The position numbers and the translations under genes are program-made. Shown here in pieces: positions 57,063 to 64,000 of a stretch of 64,000 nucleotides of DNA. A model generated the notes under the pieces. That model saw only the letters and a program-made list of their open reading frames with translations, did no database searches and was not told where the DNA came from. The first letter of the stretch is position 1; each line of letters opens with the position of its first letter. Origin of the DNA: Candidatus Gastranaerophilales bacterium (GTDB taxonomy: Bacteria > Cyanobacteriota > Vampirovibrionia > Gastranaerophilales > Gastranaerophilaceae); the NCBI GenBank assembly GCA_944325665.1, contig CALVAY010000005.1:18702-82701 (forward strand), read 5' to 3'.

Positions 57063-59108
57063 TTATTCTTCTTTTTTATCTCTGACTTCAAAAGTTATTT
57101 CCCATTCGTCGTTTTGTTGATTATCATCTTCTTCTTCGATTTTTTCATCCACAAATTCGGCGTCTTTTTGGGCTTTTATTTCATAATCGTTAATTGTTGC
57201 AACCTCAGGGGCAATATAAACTTTTTCTTGAGAATTTTGATTTATTTCAGCATCCGCTGCGGTTTTCGGAGTTTCTTTAGCTTGTGCGGCAACAATAACG
57301 GGCTCTTTATCTTCTTTGTTATCATCAATAATTGTTGCTTTAGCGTCAAGAGGTAGCCAGAAGCCAAAAGTTGAACCTTCGTTTAGTTTTGAGTGTACAA
57401 AGACTTTACCTTGGTGGTGTTTTTCAATGGCTATTTTTACCAAATGAAGTCCAAGGCCCGTGCCTTTAATTGTGTGAGTAGCGTTTTCAACCCTAAAGAA
57501 CCTGTCAAAAATCTTTTCCTGATACTCAGGGGCAATACCCATGCCCATATCTTCAATTGTTACTTCAAGGTATTTCGGGTCTTTTGCAATTTCTGCTCTG
57601 ATTTTCACCCTTGAATTTTCGGGCGAATACTTAATTGCATTTGTAATGAGGTTTGAAAGAACTCTTTCTATACTTTGTGTGTTGTATGCAATTTCAGGCA
57701 AGTCAGGCTCTTTTATAACCGAGAAAGTAATATTTTTTTCCTGTGCCAAAATTTTATGCTCTTCAAGAGAGGTTTCAATGGTTGTCATTATATTTTGTTT
57801 TGTTTTTTCAAGCTTGGCATCGTTTTGCAGTTTAGAAAAATCTAAAATGTCGTTAACCATTTTTTGAAGTCTTATAACCTCTTGGTTAATTGTTCCTATA
57901 AACTCTCTTTGCTCTTCAAAGTTAAAATCCTGTCCGTAGCTGTAAAGTGTTTCAGCGTAGCTTGTAAGAATAGTTACAGGGGTTCTAAGCTCGTGTGAAA
58001 CGTTTGAGATAAAGTCGTTTTTAAGTTTATCAACTTCTGCTTCTTTTGTTATGTCAATTAGAATAATAATGTAGCCTAAGTAATCGTGAACATTTGAATA
58101 CATAGGCGAAATGAGCGTTTTTGTAACTCTGTTGTCAATGTTTATATTAAACTCAAGCGGTTTTTTCTCCATTACATCTAAAGGCGTGTTTTTGAATATG
58201 GCGATTTTTTCCCTAAAACACATCTCTCCGTTTGTATCACAGTAGTTTTGAATTGATGTGTTTATAATATCAGAGGATGTAACAGAGAGAATTTTTTGTG
58301 CGGCAGGATTCAGCATTGACACTTTATCGTAGTTGTCGCACACAACAACACCGTTTGCGATACTCATCAAAACGGATTCGAGTTTATTTCTCTCAAGTGT
58401 CAATTGGTCAACATTTTGCTCTTCATAAGCGTGCAGTCTTTTTGACATATCGTTAAAGGCTGCAAAAAGCTCTTTAATTTCCCCTGATGCCTGTTTGTAG
58501 TCAAGCACCGTTCCAAATTTTCCGCTTGAAATTTCTTTTACACCGTGGTGCAAAAGGGTTAATTCTCTTGTTATAAGGAAGGTGTTAACTAAAATTACAA
58601 TCGTAAAAATTATCCACACAAGAGTAAACACTACAAGCATGGAGTTCTTTGTAGTTTTAGCTACAATGCTTGCCATATCCGCACTAAGACCTATTTCAAC
58701 AACACCTACAATTTTGCCTATGCTATCTGTCATAGGGGAGCTGATATTGATTTTTGTGTCTTGTGCGCGACGATTAAAATCATCTGCCGTTGTGTATATT
58801 ATCTTGCCTTTTTCGTCTCTAAAGGTGATAAAAGAAATATCTTTATTGCTTGTTAAAATTGAATTTGCGTGAGTCTTTAAAAGGTTGTAGCGGTATTCTT
58901 TTGCACTGTCTTTAGTCAGCTCATAGCTCTGTATAGCAAGTGTTTTGGTCAAAAGTTGTCCAAAGCTGCCGTAGCTGTCATATAATTTCTGCTGAATTTT
59001 GCTTATGGCAAAAACCGCAACTCCGACGATTAATACTGTCGAAATTAACAACCCCGTAATGATTAATTTATTTTGTGCAGTTAAGTCAAATTTTGCTTTC
59101 TTAATCAT
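57063..59108 (-). CDS. Sensor histidine kinase (TM-HAMP-PAS-HisKA-HATPase) with an acidic C-terminal tail
   Basis: SHELRTP H-box and the N/G boxes (NAIKYS, GTGLGL). No response regulator gene is adjacent. Confidence 0.85.
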   Translation of the reverse strand: MIKKAKFDLTAQNKLIITGLLISTVLIVGVAVFAISKIQQKLYDSYGSFGQLLTKTLAIQSYELTKDSAKEYRYNLLKTHANSILTSNKDISFITFRDEKGKIIYTTADDFNRRAQDTKINISSPMTDSIGKIVGVVEIGLSADMASIVAKTTKNSMLVVFTLVWIIFTIVILVNTFLITRELTLLHHGVKEISSGKFGTVLDYKQASGEIKELFAAFNDMSKRLHAYEEQNVDQLTLERNKLESVLMSIANGVVVCDNYDKVSMLNPAAQKILSVTSSDIINTSIQNYCDTNGEMCFREKIAIFKNTPLDVMEKKPLEFNINIDNRVTKTLISPMYSNVHDYLGYIIILIDITKEAEVDKLKNDFISNVSHELRTPVTILTSYAETLYSYGQDFNFEEQREFIGTINQEVIRLQKMVNDILDFSKLQNDAKLEKTKQNIMTTIETSLEEHKILAQEKNITFSVIKEPDLPEIAYNTQSIERVLSNLITNAIKYSPENSRVKIRAEIAKDPKYLEVTIEDMGMGIAPEYQEKIFDRFFRVENATHTIKGTGLGLHLVKIAIEKHHQGKVFVHSKLNEGSTFGFWLPLDAKATIIDDNKEDKEPVIVAAQAKETPKTAADAEINQNSQEKVYIAPEVATINDYEIKAQKDAEFVDEKIEEEDDNQQNDEWEITFEVRDKKEE

Positions 59109-59152
59109 ATCGGCAACATTATAACATAATAAAGTTATGATATAATCTTTTT

Positions 59153-59602
59153 ATGCAGAAAAAAATTATTTCAACAAATAAAAAAGCATATCATGACTTT
59201 CTGATTTTCGATAAATTCACGGCAGGACTTGTTTTAACCGGAACTGAGATTAAATCAATAAGAAAAGGTTCAATTAATTTAAAAGACAGTTTTGTAAAAA
59301 TCGAAGATATGGAAGCATTTTTGTATAACGCTCACATCGGTCTTTACGAGCAGGGTAATATCTTCAACCATGAGGAAAAAAGAGTAAGAAAACTGCTTTT
59401 GAATAAAAAAGAAATCCTAAAACTTTTAGGAAAAGTTAAACAGGAAAACTACACCATTGTTCCTTTGGAAATTTTCTTTACGGGCCGTTGGGCAAAAGTT
59501 GAAATTGCCCTTGCAAAAGGTAAAAAGCTTTATGATAAGAGAGAAAGCTTAAAGAAAAAAGACGTTGAAAAAAATATTGCAAAAGTTATAAAAAGAATCT
59601 AA
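59153..59602 (+). CDS. smpB: SsrA-binding protein
   Basis: NKKAYHDF..., GTEIKSIR and the C-terminal basic tail. Confidence 0.9.
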   Translation: MQKKIISTNKKAYHDFLIFDKFTAGLVLTGTEIKSIRKGSINLKDSFVKIEDMEAFLYNAHIGLYEQGNIFNHEEKRVRKLLLNKKEILKLLGKVKQENYTIVPLEIFFTGRWAKVEIALAKGKKLYDKRESLKKKDVEKNIAKVIKRI

Positions 59603-59610
59603 TTAAATAA

Positions 59611-59630
59611 GCCGCACTATTAAGTGCGGC
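59611..59630. terminator. Hairpin between smpB and the pilin-like gene (weak U-tract)
   Basis: GCCGCACT-atta-AGTGCGGC. Confidence 0.4.
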
Positions 59631-59655
59631 TTATAAGTTGATTTAATAAAATTAA

Positions 59656-60291
59656 TTAACCGGGTAAGGGTAAGCCTTCGCTGTCGTCTTCAGGTGTGCC
59701 TTCGATGCTGTCAATATCAACATCGGCATTAGGAATCATAGTTGAGCCTGAGTCTTCGCGGAAGCGAATTTGGAAGATGTCTGATAATATAACATCTGTC
59801 CAATCCGGGTTTGTTAGGTCTTCAGCATTTTCGTAAGTTGCCAAAGTGTAAGCTCCGTTTTCAAGGGTTGAAGGACCTTTGTCGCCGTTTACGTCAACAA
59901 TAAAAGAAACGCCTGTTTCATCAATATCAGTAACTTCGTATCTAAAGCCATCAGCTGTGTAGAAGCTGTAATTACTTGTGTCACCAGTAATTGTAACAGC
60001 AAATGCTGAGCCCGGTAAAAATGCTCCGCCACCCAAAGTACCTTCTTCTTTAACAACGTTCATGTTGTTAACTAAGGCTTGAACAAATAAATCTTCATCT
60101 CTGAAGGTATAGCCGTCTTGTACTTGAGTTAGCTGTACTGCTTGAGATAGAACAGAATAAGCTTTTTTAGCAGCTGTTCTGTATTCTTGTTGTTGCGTTT
60201 TAACGATTACAGAAGGAATAGTAAGTGCCGCAACTACACCAATAATAGCCAAGGTAATCAAAACCTCAGCAAGTGTAAAACCTTTTTTCAT
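59656..60291 (-). CDS. Type IV pilin / pseudopilin-like protein (prepilin N-terminal cleavage/methylation domain)
   Basis: MKKGFTLAEVLITLAIIGVVAAL is a class III signal peptide. Confidence 0.75.
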   Translation of the reverse strand: MKKGFTLAEVLITLAIIGVVAALTIPSVIVKTQQQEYRTAAKKAYSVLSQAVQLTQVQDGYTFRDEDLFVQALVNNMNVVKEEGTLGGGAFLPGSAFAVTITGDTSNYSFYTADGFRYEVTDIDETGVSFIVDVNGDKGPSTLENGAYTLATYENAEDLTNPDWTDVILSDIFQIRFREDSGSTMIPNADVDIDSIEGTPEDDSEGLPLPG

Positions 60292-60366
60292 TCTTACATT
60301 ACCTTTCTATGGTTATTCACCTTTATTTATATATAATGCCACCATTCGTGTATTTTTAACAATACA

Positions 60367-60513
60367 TTATTTGAATGAGTCTTTTTTAAAGCTTTCATTA
60401 GGTCTTGAGGAGTTAGATTCCACTATTTCGTAGTATTCATTTTTGTCAAAATTAATACCCCATTTTTTGGTATTAAGTTTAAGTTTTTTAACTTTTGGAT
60501 TTTTTTTGTCCAT
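60367..60513 (-). CDS. Unlisted small ORF (48 aa), basic
   Basis: Own translation: MDKKNPKVKKLKLNTKKWGINFDKNEYYEIVESNSSRPNESFKKDSFK. It starts 3 nt after the stop of the upstream gene. Confidence 0.25.
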   Translation of the reverse strand: MDKKNPKVKKLKLNTKKWGINFDKNEYYEIVESNSSRPNESFKKDSFK

Positions 60514-60516
60514 AAT

Positions 60517-62124
60517 CTACATCTCAAGTTCAAGTTTCATATCTATATTTGTTACTCTTACAAGGAGTTTGACGTTATCAATTTTAACAATAAAGAAAGT
60601 TTTCGTTTCTTGTTTTTCGGAGATTCTGTATTTTATCGTGTAGTCTGAAACATATTCTCTGAAGTGATATAAGAAAAATATTTCATTGCCGATAAAGCCA
60701 AACAAAGCCCTTTTGCCGTCTTGATCAATTACGCTAAAGCCTCTATTAGGTGCAATTTCGGCAGTTGAGAGAATTTCCGGTTCAACGTACGGCTCTTCTA
60801 TAATTTCTTCTTTATATTCTTCTTTTTTAGGTAAAACTTCTTCTTCATCTTGGGCTAACGCTGCAAATTCTTGGGCAAAGTTTTCCGTTTCTTCCTTGAT
60901 TTCTTCTTGCTCGAAAATATCTTCTTGAGATCTTTGCGAATTGTTTTTAAGTTCTTCAAGTTCAGATTTTAGCCTGTCTTGTCTTAGGTATCTGCCGGCA
61001 TTTTTAAGTCTTTGTTTTTTGCTTTTCCCGCTTATTGCCATAAGCATCAAAATGCCTATTATAGCGACAAGAGAGGCGCAAAACAGTATAAAGTTTTCGC
61101 GAATTACTTTGTAATAGGGCAAAATAGTGTTGATTATTTCGCTTAGCTGTTCTTCATCGCTTAACTTGTCTATGTCTTCTATTCTTTCAGGCTCATAGGT
61201 AATAGGGCCGTCGTCTTTGTAATTGTAGTCCGTGTTTCCGCTGGGGTCAATTTCATAGGCAGTAACGTCTATGCCTTGAGTTTTTTGCGGCTCTTGAGTT
61301 TGGTTTTTAAGTTCTTCTTCAGCCTTTTTTTGTGCTTCTAATTGCGCAAGTCTTTGAGCTTCAAGCTCTCTTTGCTTTTGCGCTTCTAATTGAGCCAACC
61401 TTTGTGCTTCAAGTTCTTTTTGCTTTTGAGCAAGTCTTTGTGCCTCTTCTTGAGCTTTTCTTTGAGCTTCAATTTGAGCGAGCCTTTGAGCTTCAAGCCT
61501 TTTTGCCTCTTGGGCTTTTCTTTGCGCTTCAAGTTGAGCTTTTTTCTTTGCTTCAGCCTGCGCTAAAAGCCTTGCTTGAGCTTCTTTTTCCTGCTGTTCT
61601 TTAAGTTTTTGTGCCCTTAGCTGCTCTTCTTTTATTTTTTGCTCTTGTCTTTGTTTGGCTAAAAGTGCTTCTTGATTTGATTGCCTGTTAATACTTCCGT
61701 CAATTTGAGCAAGTTTTTTAGTGTCAATAACAGGTGCGACCGCTCTTTGGCTTGTATTTAGCTGAGCTGTTATATTAACGGGTTTTGCTGTGTTAATTGT
61801 AATTTTCGTATAACCGTTGTTTAAATCTTGCCCTGCGTAAGGGAAAAGTTTAACCTCAACGTTTTTTATATCTCCCGTAGGGCTAACCGAGGGTACGGAG
61901 TGAAAAGTTTCGGGAAGGAGCAGATAGTAGCTCGTATTGGATTTTTTAATAACTTTAATCGGCTCTTGGTAAGGTTTTTGGGTATAGAGCTTAATATTGT
62001 AACTGTCAGTGCCTACCTTTGCGAAATCAACCTTTAACAAGCTGTTTTTAAAATCGCTTTCAATAGCTACACTGGAGGTTGCAAAGCACAATATCCCCGC
62101 TATAACCAAAAGAAATTTCTTCAT
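60517..62124 (-). CDS. Secreted/membrane protein with an AMIN-like N-domain, a long AQRLAQLEAQK-type coiled coil, a TM helix and a C-terminal domain
   Basis: Has a signal peptide. LLKVDFAKVGTDSYNIKLYTQ...YYLLLPET resembles an AMIN domain. Lies upstream of the pilin-like gene. Confidence 0.45.
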   Translation of the reverse strand: MKKFLLVIAGILCFATSSVAIESDFKNSLLKVDFAKVGTDSYNIKLYTQKPYQEPIKVIKKSNTSYYLLLPETFHSVPSVSPTGDIKNVEVKLFPYAGQDLNNGYTKITINTAKPVNITAQLNTSQRAVAPVIDTKKLAQIDGSINRQSNQEALLAKQRQEQKIKEEQLRAQKLKEQQEKEAQARLLAQAEAKKKAQLEAQRKAQEAKRLEAQRLAQIEAQRKAQEEAQRLAQKQKELEAQRLAQLEAQKQRELEAQRLAQLEAQKKAEEELKNQTQEPQKTQGIDVTAYEIDPSGNTDYNYKDDGPITYEPERIEDIDKLSDEEQLSEIINTILPYYKVIRENFILFCASLVAIIGILMLMAISGKSKKQRLKNAGRYLRQDRLKSELEELKNNSQRSQEDIFEQEEIKEETENFAQEFAALAQDEEEVLPKKEEYKEEIIEEPYVEPEILSTAEIAPNRGFSVIDQDGKRALFGFIGNEIFFLYHFREYVSDYTIKYRISEKQETKTFFIVKIDNVKLLVRVTNIDMKLELEM

Positions 62125-62243
62125 CCGATTTTTTATTCTCCTCCCGCTTCTATCAGACGGGATTTATAAAATTAATTTTATCGTATATAATTATACAAGA
62201 GATTATACTATGAATTAAAATTTGTGGCAAAAGGAAGGGCAAA

Positions 62244-63158
62244 ATGAGCGAGAAAAATGAAAAAGATTTTAAATCAGGCTTTGTCGCTATAATCGCTCGT
62301 CCAAATGTCGGAAAATCAACACTTTTAAATAAAATTATCGGGCAAAAAATTGCAATTACGACTCCTGTTGCACAAACCACAAGAAAAAATATTAAGGGAT
62401 TTTATACCGATTCAAATTCTCAAATAATTTTTATCGATACTCCGGGAATTCATAAACCCCTAAACAAGCTTGGTGAGGCACTTTGGGAGCAAACAAAATC
62501 TGTTTTGGATGATGTTGATTTAATTTTATTTCTGGTTGATGCCCAAGATGAGGCAGGGCGCGGGGATAAGTGGATTGTCGATAATTACTTAAAGGCGACT
62601 AAAACCCCTGTTCTTATTGTCTTAAACAAGGTTGATTTGATTAAAGACCTTGCAAAAAGAGAGCTTAACACCTATTCGTATAAAAAAATGTTTGAAATTT
62701 CGCCCGATACAATTAAAGTCAGTGCGAAAACAGGCAGAAATATTGATGATTTAATTAAAAAAATAAAAGAATATCTTCCCTTGGGCGATAAAATGTATGA
62801 CGAGGACGAAGTAACCGACCAGACTATGAGAGAAGTGGCTCAAGAGGTCATAAGGGAAAAAATAATTTTTTCTACAAAGGATGAAATTCCCCACCACTGT
62901 GCAGTTTTGATTGAAAATTATCAAGAATTGGAAAATATAGATAGAATCAGTGCAAAAATTATTGTTTCAAACGACAGTCAAAAGAAAATTTTAATCGGCA
63001 AAAACGGCTCTATGCTCAAAAAAATCGGTACAAGTGCAAGGCTTGAGCTTGAGAGGATGCTGGATAAAAAAGTTTTCTTGGAGCTTTTTGTTTCCGTTCA
63101 AAAAAATTGGCAAAAAGACCCGAACTTTATTAAAACCCTTGGTCTTGACGTAAAATAA
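62244..63158 (+). CDS. era: GTPase Era
   Basis: GRPNVGKST (G1), DTPG (G3), NKVD (G4) and a C-terminal KH domain. Confidence 0.9.
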   Translation: MSEKNEKDFKSGFVAIIARPNVGKSTLLNKIIGQKIAITTPVAQTTRKNIKGFYTDSNSQIIFIDTPGIHKPLNKLGEALWEQTKSVLDDVDLILFLVDAQDEAGRGDKWIVDNYLKATKTPVLIVLNKVDLIKDLAKRELNTYSYKKMFEISPDTIKVSAKTGRNIDDLIKKIKEYLPLGDKMYDEDEVTDQTMREVAQEVIREKIIFSTKDEIPHHCAVLIENYQELENIDRISAKIIVSNDSQKKILIGKNGSMLKKIGTSARLELERMLDKKVFLELFVSVQKNWQKDPNFIKTLGLDVK

Positions 63159-63230
63159 TTTTTTTAGGCAATTTTTTTAACTAAAAATACTTTATTAATA
63201 TATACGAAATATATATGCTAGAATAAAATC

Positions 63231-63395
63231 ATGGAAAAAGACAAAATTACATTTATTGAAGAAAAGAAAATTCAAAAAGAGCAGGAAAAAAAGGTGCATT
63301 TTGAAAAAAATATTGCATCTACTGACCCTATTAAATCAAGATTTGCTAAGTTTTGTCTTGACAAAAAACAAATTAAAGTCGATGATTTAATTTAA
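63231..63395 (+). CDS. Unlisted small ORF (54 aa)
   Basis: Own translation: MEKDKITFIEEKKIQKEQEKKVHFEKNIASTDPIKSRFAKFCLDKKQIKVDDLI. Its stop overlaps the next ATG (TAATG). Confidence 0.3.
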   Translation: MEKDKITFIEEKKIQKEQEKKVHFEKNIASTDPIKSRFAKFCLDKKQIKVDDLI

Positions 63396-63898
63396 TGTTA
63401 TATATTAAAAACAGTGTTTTTTTGTATCTTACGCCTCGCCAAAAGTCTCAGTTGGTGAGCTTTTTAAGGTCTTTTGTAAAAAAACATCCAAAGCTTTCAA
63501 AAGAAGAACTTTTGGATAAATTTATTGAAGAGGAAAATTATTATAACGAAGTGGGTTCTGCACATTTTGAGTTTGCACTTGAGAATTTTTCCAATGATGA
63601 ATTTTTATCGGACATTTTAAAATATTTTGATTTTGTGTTTTGGGAAATTAAGCAAAAAGAGGCCCAAAAGCCTTTAATAGAAAAGCAAAAAGCACATGCA
63701 AAAGAGCTTAGAAAAAAAGCGAACGATTTTAAAATGTCAAAATTAAAACCAACAAAAAAACAGCTGTGGTATTATGAAAAGGTAGCACATGCTCATAACG
63801 TTCCGATGAAACCGACTAAAGACGCCTCAAGGCTTGATTTAAGGGATTGGATTATGGAAATAATTGAGGGCAAGGGAGAAGATGAAGAAAACTCTTAA
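63395..63898 (+). CDS. Hypothetical protein
   Basis: 167-aa ORF. No family recognised. Confidence 0.45.
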   Translation: MLYIKNSVFLYLTPRQKSQLVSFLRSFVKKHPKLSKEELLDKFIEEENYYNEVGSAHFEFALENFSNDEFLSDILKYFDFVFWEIKQKEAQKPLIEKQKAHAKELRKKANDFKMSKLKPTKKQLWYYEKVAHAHNVPMKPTKDASRLDLRDWIMEIIEGKGEDEENS

Positions 63899-64000
63899 TA
63901 AAGTTGTTGAAATATTAAACGCTCAAAATATTGATGAGGCAAATGTTAAAGCAAGAATTATCCTAAGAGAAATTGCCAATATGACGGTAGAGGATATGCT
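63882..64000 (+). CDS. Partial CDS (N-terminus only); resembles the start of PrmC/HemK-type methyltransferases
   Basis: MKKTLNKVVEILNAQNIDEANVKARIILREIANMTVEDM.... Runs off the window. The assignment is weak. Confidence 0.3.
   Translation, partial: MKKTLNKVVEILNAQNIDEANVKARIILREIANMTVEDM

Noticed and set aside
61330-61620. A tandem DNA repeat or possible array on the minus strand
   Set aside because: It lies inside a long ORF and encodes an in-frame AQRLAQLEAQK-type coiled coil, so it is a coding repeat rather than a non-coding element.

Overview
This is a 64-kb AT-rich chromosomal segment. The gene set points to a diderm-type bacterium: kdsA, an SLH-domain protein, type IV pilus genes and flagellar-type export genes. 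I cannot assign a lineage from sequence alone. About 65 CDS are mostly housekeeping and tightly packed: GH38 hydrolase (partial), pyrF-ald-proB-proA-nadA, purB, gmd, kdsA, recA, rfbA, murT-like, cdd, nanE plus a ROK kinase, tig-clpP-clpX, clpB, recO, pilT, smpB, era. I recognise two RNA genes: tRNA-Glu(UUC) at 5434-5509 (+) and a long-form SRP RNA at about 41809-42070 (-). Three regions stand out. (1) An accessory island sits directly 3' of tRNA-Glu. It starts with 2.9 tandem copies of a 109-bp tRNA-derived unit. A three-gene CBASS-type operon follows on the minus strand (HNH-SAVED Cap5-like effector, CD-NTase, stand-alone E2-like protein), with a divergent wHTH gene beyond it. No integrase is present. 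(2) A roughly 550-bp locus at 34408-34960, visibly GC-rich and non-coding, lies between fliR and kdsA. It consists of two nested tandem-repeat families whose hairpins keep their architecture while the stem sequence changes. I consider it a candidate structured RNA or element that I cannot place in any known family. (3) The flagellar type III export gene set is fragmentary: an orphan fliI, a fliM/N-like-fliO-fliP-fliQ-x-fliR operon without flhB or flhA, and a soluble protein carrying only an FlhA-like cytoplasmic domain. All calls come from reading the ORF translations and the DNA by eye. No database search, HMM, folding or GC computation was run.
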